IMG/VR virus record: IMGVR_UViG_3300035696_002027 | Direction: 5' to 3' (one strand) | DNA from: a virus | DNA length: 21,088 nt | Part shown: piece after piece, positions 1 to 8,280 of the stretch | Numbering within the stretch: position 1 is the stretch's first letter | Layout: every line of letters starts with the position of its first letter | Position numbers and translations under genes: made by a program | The notes under the pieces: generated by a model | What the model was told of the DNA's origin: nothing | What the model saw: the letters and a program-made list of their open reading frames with translations, nothing else | Databases searched by the model: none

Positions 1-1203
1 GGTCTGCAGCCCCTTCCTCTTCTGGACACGGAAGAGGCACCCCTCAACCCGCCGGACTACGCGGGCACGCTTCTCGACCTTGCACGGCGCTTCTCCGCCA
101 ACCGTGTTGGTTACGAGGACTGGGCAACGCAGCTGTTCCCAGTCGTCGAGTCTACGGCTTCTCCGCCCGTACAGCCTTACGGTGTGGCCGTTCGGCCGCC
201 GGATCTCATCGGAGGTCTGGACGAGGTCTACGACAATTACTTGCCGCCGGAGTTTGCTGGGTCGGTCACCCAGCTGCCTCTCGGAATCTACTTCCGAGAC
301 AAGGACTTCCTAGGTAAATCGCTTTACCAACAGATCAACTCCACAGGAATCGGTGCCAACTCGTACGGCACCTTCACCTTCCTCGAGTACGAGTCCGCTC
401 TTGCTCCTTCGGCTCCTGGCACTTCGACCTGGGAAGGCACGGAGTTCGTTTGCGGCAATACGTCGGGTACGGCAGGGGTCGGCTCCGAAGCTGTTCTTCG
501 TGTCGACGGCACCTCGAACCCGGCGAGCGTCACGGTCTTCAAGACAACTCGTGGCGGAGCTGCCTGGTCCGCTACTCCGCCTTGGGTGGGTGGCGTCATC
601 TCGTCTCGCTTCCCCAAGCTGCGCCCGAACATCAACGCGGGTTCTGTTCTCGTCGGTTCGGCCTTCCTCGTTCGGACTCAGCCCGAGACTCAGGGGACGA
701 CCGAAATCCACATGGGCAGCGAACTGCAGATGTTCATCGTGACCCAAGCGGTTCCTGCCTACTTCAAGGAGACGAACGTTTCCCACTCGGCAGCAGGAAC
801 GAACGAGGGGTTCACAGCAGTTGACCGTTACCGTCTCCTCGGCAAGCCCCTCGAGGCCCGCCGCGGTTACGTGGACATGTCGATCCTGCCGGTTCCTCCG
901 CCTCTGTTCGTGACCAACATCTACGACAACCCGCTATTCTACGGTTCGGCGGACGTGTCGCTCAACTCGCAATTCCAGGGCACTCTGCCTGTCACGGTCA
1001 ACGGGCAGACGATGTTCACGCTTCCCAGCCGTCCGCAAGACCCGACTGCGGTTCTTGTGTGGCTCAATGGCGTAAAGCTCGAGAGTGGCGTGAACTACAC
1101 AGTCAGTGGCACCACCAACCAAACGCTGACGTACATCGTTTCGCTCAGCAATCCGGCGCTCGAGACGACAGACATACTCGAGGTTTGGTACCTTCTGTTC
1201 TAA
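1..1203 (+). CDS. 5'-truncated structural protein of unknown function (possibly a tail or baseplate component). Frame 1 has no stop codon from base 1, so the gene probably begins upstream of the window.
   Basis: Frame 1 is open from position 1 to the TAA at 1201-1203; the ORF-track start at 184 is a GTG. The protein is Gly/Thr/Ser-rich with beta-like segments (VWLNGVKLESGVNYTVSG) and no catalytic motifs. It sits immediately upstream of the giant fibre-like gene. Confidence 0.55.
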   Translation, partial: GLQPLPLLDTEEAPLNPPDYAGTLLDLARRFSANRVGYEDWATQLFPVVESTASPPVQPYGVAVRPPDLIGGLDEVYDNYLPPEFAGSVTQLPLGIYFRDKDFLGKSLYQQINSTGIGANSYGTFTFLEYESALAPSAPGTSTWEGTEFVCGNTSGTAGVGSEAVLRVDGTSNPASVTVFKTTRGGAAWSATPPWVGGVISSRFPKLRPNINAGSVLVGSAFLVRTQPETQGTTEIHMGSELQMFIVTQAVPAYFKETNVSHSAAGTNEGFTAVDRYRLLGKPLEARRGYVDMSILPVPPPLFVTNIYDNPLFYGSADVSLNSQFQGTLPVTVNGQTMFTLPSRPQDPTAVLVWLNGVKLESGVNYTVSGTTNQTLTYIVSLSNPALETTDILEVWYLLF

Positions 1204-1215
1204 TAGGACTATCCG

Positions 1216-4200
1216 ATGACGCAGCCGCGCAAAGAACAGATTAATGACCAGAGGACGTACTACACCCGGGTTGACTCCGTTGGTGTGACGACGCCCATCC
1301 CATTCGGCACGCCGGATGTGCCTGGTGGGACCGTTCAGACGATTCAAAACACGATCGTCGAGAACTACTACAACGAGTTCCTGGCTGCCACCATCACCGG
1401 AACTCCCGGCGGTGCAGAGCAAGACACTCCCGCGTACTTCTATGGAAACTCGGGACCTTTCTCTCCTCCCGTTTCCTCAGGCTCGACGTTTACCATCACA
1501 CTTCCTGGCATCAACTCCGGGAACCCCGTCGCCATCACATTCCAGCCGTCCGATGTTTTCGACATTGGCGGCATTCCGTACATCACGACCTCGCAAGTCG
1601 CCAAGCGGATCAACCTCGCGTTGACGGCCGCAGGAGTCTCTCCGACTTCCCCTGTCGCAGTGAACAGCAATGGTCAGCTCTTGCTGCTTTCCGCCAACAG
1701 CTCTGGATACACGTACGGAGAAACAGCGTTCATCACCGTCAACGACCTGACGGTCGGTGTTTGCACGGCTCTCGGTCTTGCACCCAGCAACACAGCCACT
1801 TCGGTCGGGATTTCGTCTCCCAAGCGCGGCATCGTCACGACGGTGATGAATGACACGCCCATCAGCCCCAACGGGCCACAGCTTGGAGGTCTGGTCCAGC
1901 TTCTGCTGCCGGATGCTTCGCCGGCGATAACGAAGTCGCCGATTCAGATCAACGTCGGTGGACTTGGGAATCTGCCTCTCTACCCATCAGGGCAGTCCAT
2001 CATAGGAGGCCTTCAGCAGTTCACGAACACTGCCGGGAACTCGAAGTTCACTGTCCAGTACCATAGGCAGGGCGCGGTCCCCGGCAAGGTTGTTACCAAG
2101 GGTGGAAACTTCTCTACCCTCTCGAATACCGACACTTTCCAGGTGACGGTCAATACAGTTAACCCAGCACTGTTCGGTCTACCAGGCACAATCTCTGCCG
2201 ACCCGGCCATTCAGACATACACCTTCACGGTCTCCTTCTCCAGCACCCCAACTGGAGCCAGCGACGTTATCGCAGCGGTGAACACCGCATGGAATGCGAA
2301 CGCGGTGGCTCAAGGATTCCCCGCTGGGACAGAAGCCGGACGCGGTGGTGTCTACGGCAATGTTGCCGGGCCCTGGCAGTTCATCAATGGTCTGGACCAG
2401 TTCTGGATCGTATTCAACGGTCAGAACCCAGCGACGAACGCGGTGAACATCACACCTCCTGGGTTCAACGGTGTGGTGACGTGGACTGCCACGGACCTGA
2501 TGACCTTCATCAATGCCCAGATCACAGCTTCGGCGGCGAACGGGCAAGGAACAGCATCAGTCGGTCCAGGCGGCACCATCCAGATCACGAGTGCGCTCAC
2601 TTCAGGTCCGAGTTCTACAGTTCAGATCATCGCTGGCGATCTGAACAATCCGTTTGCCGCTCCTACGGGTCCGGGCGATCTGGTGACGACGCTCGACAAG
2701 CTCGGAATTTCTCCTGGCGTTTACTCGGGGTCTGTAATTGCCAGGCCGTACGGCAACGCGGCCACTCCAGAAGACATTGTGTTTGCCTGTCCGGACCACA
2801 CGGTCCAAGACCCGTACGGCTCTCCATCCGGAATTACCATCACTGGTTCTTCTACCGTGATGGCGAAACTCGGCCTGAGTGGTACGACGATAACTGGAAA
2901 TGTCACGATCGGCACAGAGCCCGTGACCCCTCCGATCGTTCACGCCCTCATCCCGGAGATGATGTACTTCGGGGAAGTCCCGGAGAATATCGAGACTTCG
3001 ACCGATAGGTTCCTTACGACAGATGAACCTTCTCCTGTCGCTCCAGGCTCTGGAACTGGTAACCTCGGTACGTCTCCGCTTCTCGGTCTCGACGGAAAGA
3101 TCAACCCGGACCTCGTCCGCAAGGTGTTCGACGTACTGAGTGTCGACTCGCTTACGCTGGGTGCTAGGCAGACAGGCTACCTGCAGGGCAATGAGATAGC
3201 GCGAGTCCTCACTCCGTTCAGCGCGTCCTCGGGCAGCGGGATGACTTTGCTGTGGCAGGGAGTGTCTACTGCTGGACTGACGGGGATCGGCGCCTCGCAG
3301 ATCATGCGGCTATACGCCGACTACGCCGGCGGGTTGTGGCTCACTACGAATGCGGCTCGCTTTGGGGCAGCCACGCCGCTTCAGTGGGATAAAGACCCGG
3401 GTCAAACTGGCCAGTCGGCTTCGGCCATTTACATCGGACAGTCCACGACAGCGGGCGTTCCTAAGGTGGAGTTCCTGTACGCGCCGGCTTCTGCCTCGAA
3501 TCCGTTCATCTTCGGTGGGTCTATCGGGACAAGTGCCAACGCTCCTGTTGGGGTCGACCCTTCCGGCGCTCTTGGTGGAGCTCTCGCGTTCTTGCTCGCG
3601 GGAACTGCCAGCACAGCAAGCAACGAGAACATCATTCCTCGTCTTCTGGCCCAGGTAGCTCCGAACACCTTTACTCTGGTTTGGCAGACCGTTCAAGTCG
3701 CCGGAACAGAAAACGTCCGAGTTTACAGCTACGTTTCGGGAACCTCGCAAACCGAATACTGGTTGACCGTCAACGCTTCGTGGACTGGCATCGCGTGGAC
3801 GAAGGACACCTCCGGGGTGAACGCCTACGCTCTACAACTCCAGACGGGAAACAATCCCGGAACTCTGCCCACTGGCATCGGCGTACAGTCCGGGCTTTTC
3901 CTCTACTACCGTGCGCCGGGGGATAATACTCCGTGGGCTACCTGGACGGCCAATGGCGGGACCACGGGACCCAACAGCTTTGCTCCATTCTCCGTCACCG
4001 GTCAGAACGGGACGGGAGGTGGCACTCTCAACGCGAACAACCTGAGGCTCGCCGATCCTGGTCAGCCCAACTTCCCGGACATTAAGGCACGAATCTCTGT
4101 TCCGATGCGTCCGAGCGTGCCTGTTGGGGCTCCGTTCCGCACTGGGCGAGTCTTGGTATCCGAATTTGGTACTGGACCGCAAGGGACTCCCACCATGGGA

Positions 4201-5241
4201 GTCATCGGCGCAAACGGAGCGGCGACGATTACGGCTGTCGGTGGTGGGCCTGGCTCCAACCTCGCGACCATCAATGTCCCCAGCATTGTCACTACTGGTT
4301 TCACTGCTAGTATGCAGGGTCAGTGGGTCGAGATCACCGGAGCTGCAAATTCTGGAAACAATGGCATCTTCCAGATCGCCAACGTTCTGAGCACAAGCTC
4401 GGTCCAATATGTCAACCCGCACGCCTCGCTACCTGATGCGAATAACCCAAATATTTACTGGGCCATCGGTGGCTCCGGCTTCGGGCAGATCTGCCGAATC
4501 TACCGAGGCCAGGGGTTCCAGGGTAACGGCGGTTTCGGGCCTCAGCCGTACGACTTTGTGGCCATGACCGTGAATGCCGCCTGGAACAACGCCAACTGGA
4601 TTCCGGACCTTCCTGGCATCCCTGCTACAATGCAGATGTGGTTCGCGGCTCCGGAAAATCAGGGTGGTGTCAATGCCGGAACCGGATACACGCAGTTCTT
4701 CACTGTTCAGCCTTCCGGCTTCACTCCGTGGGTCGATTCTGACTGGGTATGCGTGACTAGTATCAGCTCCAACGGAATCGAAGTTCCGCATTTGGATGAC
4801 ACATACAACATCAACGCCATACCTAACCTTGCCAACACGGCTACCCTGGTCAAGGCGTGGGGTAACATCATCATCGCTCCAGGGAATCCGCCCACGTTCT
4901 ACTGGTATCCAAACGGATCTGGCTCCAACGCTATCTTCGATAGCTACAATCTTTCCAGTATCTCTTGGTCGAGCGGAAACCCGTCCGCCGTCACTTTTAC
5001 GATGAACGCGGGAATGGATGCGGGGAACTTTATCGTGTTGGCAAAGCCGATTGCCAGCTTCATCGTCAACTTCCCGACTGAAGATTTCGAAGTTGGCGGA
5101 GTTCCGGCCGCCTCCAATCAGTTCGAGCTGCAGTTCTTTAATTTCTCTCCAGCTTCTTTCTGGGGAACTAGTGGACCGCCCACTAACTCCCTCGAGACTC
5201 TCGAAGGTGGAGCTGAGTTCATCGTGATCGGGAGGCAATGA
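1216..5241 (+). CDS. Giant (1341 aa) Gly/Thr/Ser/Ala/Asn-rich structural protein; putative tail fibre, tail spike or receptor-binding protein.
   Basis: A single uninterrupted 4-kb ORF, with ATG 12 nt downstream of AGGA. Composition is low-complexity (G, T, S, N, P, A) with no Walker or catalytic motifs. Such composition is typical of phage fibres and adhesins. The alternative-frame and antisense ORFs here are Arg/Ser-rich artefacts of high GC. Confidence 0.8.
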   Translation: MTQPRKEQINDQRTYYTRVDSVGVTTPIPFGTPDVPGGTVQTIQNTIVENYYNEFLAATITGTPGGAEQDTPAYFYGNSGPFSPPVSSGSTFTITLPGINSGNPVAITFQPSDVFDIGGIPYITTSQVAKRINLALTAAGVSPTSPVAVNSNGQLLLLSANSSGYTYGETAFITVNDLTVGVCTALGLAPSNTATSVGISSPKRGIVTTVMNDTPISPNGPQLGGLVQLLLPDASPAITKSPIQINVGGLGNLPLYPSGQSIIGGLQQFTNTAGNSKFTVQYHRQGAVPGKVVTKGGNFSTLSNTDTFQVTVNTVNPALFGLPGTISADPAIQTYTFTVSFSSTPTGASDVIAAVNTAWNANAVAQGFPAGTEAGRGGVYGNVAGPWQFINGLDQFWIVFNGQNPATNAVNITPPGFNGVVTWTATDLMTFINAQITASAANGQGTASVGPGGTIQITSALTSGPSSTVQIIAGDLNNPFAAPTGPGDLVTTLDKLGISPGVYSGSVIARPYGNAATPEDIVFACPDHTVQDPYGSPSGITITGSSTVMAKLGLSGTTITGNVTIGTEPVTPPIVHALIPEMMYFGEVPENIETSTDRFLTTDEPSPVAPGSGTGNLGTSPLLGLDGKINPDLVRKVFDVLSVDSLTLGARQTGYLQGNEIARVLTPFSASSGSGMTLLWQGVSTAGLTGIGASQIMRLYADYAGGLWLTTNAARFGAATPLQWDKDPGQTGQSASAIYIGQSTTAGVPKVEFLYAPASASNPFIFGGSIGTSANAPVGVDPSGALGGALAFLLAGTASTASNENIIPRLLAQVAPNTFTLVWQTVQVAGTENVRVYSYVSGTSQTEYWLTVNASWTGIAWTKDTSGVNAYALQLQTGNNPGTLPTGIGVQSGLFLYYRAPGDNTPWATWTANGGTTGPNSFAPFSVTGQNGTGGGTLNANNLRLADPGQPNFPDIKARISVPMRPSVPVGAPFRTGRVLVSEFGTGPQGTPTMGVIGANGAATITAVGGGPGSNLATINVPSIVTTGFTASMQGQWVEITGAANSGNNGIFQIANVLSTSSVQYVNPHASLPDANNPNIYWAIGGSGFGQICRIYRGQGFQGNGGFGPQPYDFVAMTVNAAWNNANWIPDLPGIPATMQMWFAAPENQGGVNAGTGYTQFFTVQPSGFTPWVDSDWVCVTSISSNGIEVPHLDDTYNINAIPNLANTATLVKAWGNIIIAPGNPPTFYWYPNGSGSNAIFDSYNLSSISWSSGNPSAVTFTMNAGMDAGNFIVLAKPIASFIVNFPTEDFEVGGVPAASNQFELQFFNFSPASFWGTSGPPTNSLETLEGGAEFIVIGRQ

Positions 5242-5864
5242 TGTTTCCGGTTATCTATCACGACACTATTGCTATTCCCAACAGGCAGGAATTCAACATT
5301 CGTGTGGATTCCTTGTCGGAGACTCAGCTAGTACTCCGAGCATGCAAATTCGTTGTAGGTGGTCAAGTCTACACGCTTGCTACTGACGTGTCATTCGACG
5401 CGACCAACATAAGTCTCATTGCGGAGTTGTGGGGAACTCCGGATGGGAAAGCACAGCTTCTTGTCTATGACCGTCGCATTCTTCGGTTCGTAGACATGGC
5501 TTCCGGCCAGGCGATGACCCAAACATACGGGTCTAGACTAAGGCCCGTTGTAGTTCATGTGTCTTACCACAAAAACCTGATCACCAACCAACAGTATATT
5601 GGTGATTATTTCCTAGTAAACAGGCTTCTGAAGTCCCAAGAAGTCCCAGCGGACAAGATTCTTCTTTCACCTTCATCGTCGCCACCGTCCCCAGCTGTTA
5701 CGGAAGCGAACGTCCCGGCTCTGCAAAAAGCCCTGGCTGCTTTTCAAGCTACGCAAACAGCTTCAGCCCCGCCACTCAAAAAGTGGTCGGAGCTGAACGC
5801 GACGGAGCAGCAGGAAATGATGGCTAAAGTCGCTGCTCAGATGGGTCTGGTCGCGAAGGCCTAA
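5241..5864 (+). CDS. Hypothetical protein, candidate fibre-assembly or accessory protein. Its start overlaps the stop of the giant gene.
   Basis: GGAGG at 5231-5235 is followed by ATGATG at 5238-5243. The second ATG (5241) has the correct 5-nt spacer and overlaps the upstream TGA, which indicates translational coupling. The ORF has a lower-GC centre. No recognisable motif. Confidence 0.55.
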   Translation: MFPVIYHDTIAIPNRQEFNIRVDSLSETQLVLRACKFVVGGQVYTLATDVSFDATNISLIAELWGTPDGKAQLLVYDRRILRFVDMASGQAMTQTYGSRLRPVVVHVSYHKNLITNQQYIGDYFLVNRLLKSQEVPADKILLSPSSSPPSPAVTEANVPALQKALAAFQATQTASAPPLKKWSELNATEQQEMMAKVAAQMGLVAKA

Positions 5865-6448
5865 TTGCAGATCCCGCAGGCCTGACCAGCACCCATTCCG
5901 TGCGACTGGCAGGGACCGAGGTTTCCTGCGAGGCACGTGAGGACCGATCCTCCCTGCTGGAAGCAACCGATGATGGTCTGCTCCTGCTGGCAGGTCAGGG
6001 GCTCGTTCCAGGTGTCGTTGCAGTAGTTCTCGATGCAGTTGACACACTGGAAGCTGCCGGCGTCCCAGTCGAGCTGGCAGGTCGTGCCGGAGTCCATACC
6101 GCCAGAGCTCGAGCCGGATGAACTTCCACTGGAGCTGCCGGAACTCGAACCTGAGCTGGATCCACTGCTTGACCCGCTGGAGCTTCCCGAGCTGGATCCA
6201 GAAGAACTTCCGCTGGAGCTGCCCGAACTGGATCCGGACGAACTTCCCGATGAACCCCCGCTGGAGGAACCCGTCTCGTTTCCTGCCTCGGTCGGCGGGT
6301 CGCCGGTCTTCTGATCGGGCGACGAGTCCTGCCCTGACATGAGGTCGGAGTCGCCTCCGGCGTCCGGAGCATCCCCCGAGCTGAAGGAACTTCCGCCGCA
6401 TCCGACGAGGGCTGCACAGAAAACCAGAAAACTGACTGCGAACTTCAT
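5861..6448 (-). CDS. Secreted lipoprotein with a long (GSSS)n flexible linker and a Cys-rich C-terminal domain.
   Basis: The minus-strand ATG at 6446-6448 is preceded by GGAGGAGAG. The N-terminus MKFAVSFLVFCAALVGCGG is a signal peptide with lipobox LVGC. About 15 tandem GSSS units follow, then a 10-Cys domain (CQLDWDAGSFQCVNCIENYCND...ACGICN). Its stop codon overlaps the convergent stop of 5241..5864. Confidence 0.7.
   Translation of the reverse strand: MKFAVSFLVFCAALVGCGGSSFSSGDAPDAGGDSDLMSGQDSSPDQKTGDPPTEAGNETGSSSGGSSGSSSGSSSGSSSGSSSGSSSGSSSGSSSGSSSGSSSGSSSGSSSGSSSGGMDSGTTCQLDWDAGSFQCVNCIENYCNDTWNEPLTCQQEQTIIGCFQQGGSVLTCLAGNLGPCQSHGMGAGQACGICN
6098..6271. repeat. Imperfect tandem 12-bp repeat array encoding (Gly-Ser-Ser-Ser)n on the minus strand; the plus-strand reading is ELPELDP-like.
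   Basis: Units such as gaacttcc(a/g)ctggagctgcc(g/c)gaact... recur across about 170 bp. The translation is SSSGSSSG about 15 times within the lipoprotein. Confidence 0.7.
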
Positions 6449-6461
6449 TTCATTCTCTCCT

Positions 6462-6524
6462 CCAATTGGCTACATGGAGGCCATCAGAATTTCCGAATCC
6501 CAATTGGATACTTCCAATTGGATA
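6462..6524. promoter_or_regulatory. Divergent intergenic control region with three copies of the palindrome CCAATTGG; the second and third are followed by ATA, and all three by AT-rich sequence. A candidate plus-strand sigma70-like promoter TTGGAT-18 nt-TATGAC (6518..6547) lies inside it.
   Basis: CCAATTGG occurs at 6462-6469, 6500-6507 and 6514-6521 in the AT-richer 120-bp gap between the divergent genes 5861..6448(-) and 6570..7001(+). The -35-like hexamer overlaps the third palindrome. Confidence 0.35.
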
Positions 6525-6569
6525 TACTTATCTGGCCTTCCTATGACCCGCCGGAGCCGAGGAAGCACC

Positions 6570-7001
6570 ATGAAGATTCGTACCGCAATGCTGTTCAGTC
6601 TCTGCCTCACGGTGGCGCTTTTCAGCTCGAGTCTCGCGTTCGCACAGACCCCGTCTCCTGCGCCTGCTGTGATCACGACGCAGTCTGCGATCGTGGTCAT
6701 TCTCGCGCTGATCGTGGGCTACATCGGCCAGGCGGTCAACACGGGAAACCTCTTCGGCATCGTGACGACGCCGAAGGCATGGATTCCCTACCTGACCCTC
6801 TTCGGGTCGTTCCTCGCGGCCTTCGGGACCTCCATTCAAGGAGATTCCACACTCAACAGCGCTGCCTGGTTCAACGCGGTGACTGCCGGGTTCTCGGCTC
6901 TCATGGCGGCGGCGGGCGGTTCCGCGGCGCACACTCACCTCAACGCTCACAAGACCACGGCCGCCAAGACGGCCCCTCCCCCTCCCGCAAAGGCGGCCTG
7001 A
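6570..7001 (+). CDS. Small membrane protein with a cleavable signal peptide and 2-3 transmembrane segments (holin-like or envelope protein, function unknown).
   Basis: ATG at 6570 follows GAGGAAG with a 4-nt spacer. The N-terminus MKIRTAMLFSLCLTVALFSSSLAFA-QT is followed by hydrophobic helices (AIVVILALIVGYIG, WIPYLTLFGSFLAAFG, AVTAGFSALMAAAGG). The upstream ATG/GTG extension (6339) has no RBS and crosses the divergent regulatory region. Confidence 0.6.
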   Translation: MKIRTAMLFSLCLTVALFSSSLAFAQTPSPAPAVITTQSAIVVILALIVGYIGQAVNTGNLFGIVTTPKAWIPYLTLFGSFLAAFGTSIQGDSTLNSAAWFNAVTAGFSALMAAAGGSAAHTHLNAHKTTAAKTAPPPPAKAA

Positions 7002-7003
7002 AC

Positions 7004-7408
7004 ATGAAGCTCTTCCGCGTTTTCGCGCCGGCTGCAATCGTCCTGGGCCTCGGCCTGGCGGTCGGTGGAACTCAGACTGGCTGCGGCTGGTTCTCGAGCA
7101 ACAGTCCTCAGGTCACCTCTGACGTTGGACAGATCGCTAGCTGCGTCATCGCCCAGATGTTCCAGGGCGTGACTGACCCGCTCAAGATCGTGTCAGCCTG
7201 CGTTCCGGCGACTCTCGCGGACGTGGAGCAGATCATCGCGAGCATCATCAACTACTACGACCAGCCTGACGCGGCCGTGGGTGACGCGCACCCCGGCGTC
7301 GGCAAGCCGCCCTTCGACAAGCTGCCCGCCAGCGTCACGAGCGCCCAGCTCGCAAGCTTCAAGCAGCTTCACGATCAGACCAAGGCCCAGATGGCAGGAG
7401 CGAAGTGA
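7004..7408 (+). CDS. Secreted or lipoprotein-like small protein (N-terminal signal sequence; function unknown).
   Basis: ATG at 7004 lies 2 nt after the upstream TGA (6999-7001). MKLFRVFAPAAIVLGLGLAVGGTQTGC is a signal peptide with a Cys shortly after. Its stop TGA 7406-7408 overlaps the next ATG. Confidence 0.55.
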   Translation: MKLFRVFAPAAIVLGLGLAVGGTQTGCGWFSSNSPQVTSDVGQIASCVIAQMFQGVTDPLKIVSACVPATLADVEQIIASIINYYDQPDAAVGDAHPGVGKPPFDKLPASVTSAQLASFKQLHDQTKAQMAGAK

Positions 7409-8280
7409 TGGCATTCTTCAAGGGAGCCAAGAAGTCTCAGCCGCACAAGCTCGCCTCCAAGAAGGCGGGAGCTTCTCACCCGGTCATCGCCGTGATGCTT
7501 GCTGCGGCGAGCATTCCGGCGTCCTGTGACCTCGCCCCGTACGAGCCTACTCGGCTCGACCAGGGCCAGTCCGGGTCGTGTACGGCACACTCCTTCTCGG
7601 GGAGCACCTCGACGGCTTGCCGCAAGGCGGGCATCGTCCTCGGATTCGAGCCCAGCCCGCGCGAGACCTACGCCACCACGCGTGGAATCGAGCGTGCTGC
7701 GGCGACCCCGGCAGGGACCCCTCTTCCCGCCCTCACGGACTCGGGCGCTGAGCCCGCGGATGTGTTCACGGCCGGGTCGACCTTCGGCACTTCGCCGATG
7801 CTCGGCCCGACTCCGGACGGCCGCAACTCCGACATTTGGACGGCCGCTGACACGACCGCCCAGCCGGAGAATGTCAACAACGAGCCCGATGGCAACCAGC
7901 TGCAGACGGCTGGTACTTCCATCGTCACGGGCGAGTACGCTATCGACCCGACTGCCGCCAACGTTTCGGACGTTGTCGCTGCAGCCATCGCTTCGGGCTT
8001 CCCGGTCTACGTCGCGTTCTTCTGCGACACGGCCTTCGAGCAGCTGCAGGTCGGCCAGATCGCGCAGCCGCCCAACACGAACGACCCGAACGGCGGCGGT
8101 CACGCCGTCTATCTGTCCGGTTACACCACGAACGCGGACGGAACCCGCACCTTCATCCTCAGCAACAGCTGGGGAACCGGATGGTGCGACAACGGCCGGT
8201 GCCTCGTCAGTGAGGCATGGCTCAAGGCGACGTGGGAGCTCTACGTCATGGACGTTCAAGTCCAGAAGGCGGCCGCGTGA
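7408..8280 (+). CDS. Papain-family (C1A) cysteine peptidase with an N-terminal basic plus weakly hydrophobic signal-like segment.
   Basis: All three papain signature blocks are present. DQGQSGSCTAHSF matches the QGSCGSCWAF block with the catalytic Cys and the oxyanion-hole Gln. GGGHAVYLSGYT matches the His block DHAVAAVGYG. NSWGTGWCDNGRCLV matches the block NSWGTGWGENGY. AGGAG lies 9 nt upstream, and the ATG overlaps the upstream stop (TGATG). Confidence 0.8.
   Translation: MAFFKGAKKSQPHKLASKKAGASHPVIAVMLAAASIPASCDLAPYEPTRLDQGQSGSCTAHSFSGSTSTACRKAGIVLGFEPSPRETYATTRGIERAAATPAGTPLPALTDSGAEPADVFTAGSTFGTSPMLGPTPDGRNSDIWTAADTTAQPENVNNEPDGNQLQTAGTSIVTGEYAIDPTAANVSDVVAAAIASGFPVYVAFFCDTAFEQLQVGQIAQPPNTNDPNGGGHAVYLSGYTTNADGTRTFILSNSWGTGWCDNGRCLVSEAWLKATWELYVMDVQVQKAAA

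Noticed and set aside
2289-4422. Multiple 100-240-aa ORFs in other frames inside the giant 1216..5241 gene
   Set aside because: His/Arg/Cys- or Arg/Ser-rich frame-shifted artefacts nested within a continuous 4-kb ORF with coherent composition.
6033-6314. Plus-strand 93-aa ORF encoding ELPLELPELDP repeats
   Set aside because: It is the antisense reading of the (GSSS)n repeat. It has no RBS and no sensible N-terminus. The minus-strand frame has a strong SD, a lipoprotein signal and a Cys-rich domain.
6339-7001. Long 220-aa version of the membrane-protein ORF starting at 6339, and the 296-aa frame 6518..7408
   Set aside because: The upstream extensions cross the divergent AT-rich control region and overlap the minus-strand gene start. 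Internal ATGs with RBS at 6570 and 7004 give products with clean N-terminal signal peptides.
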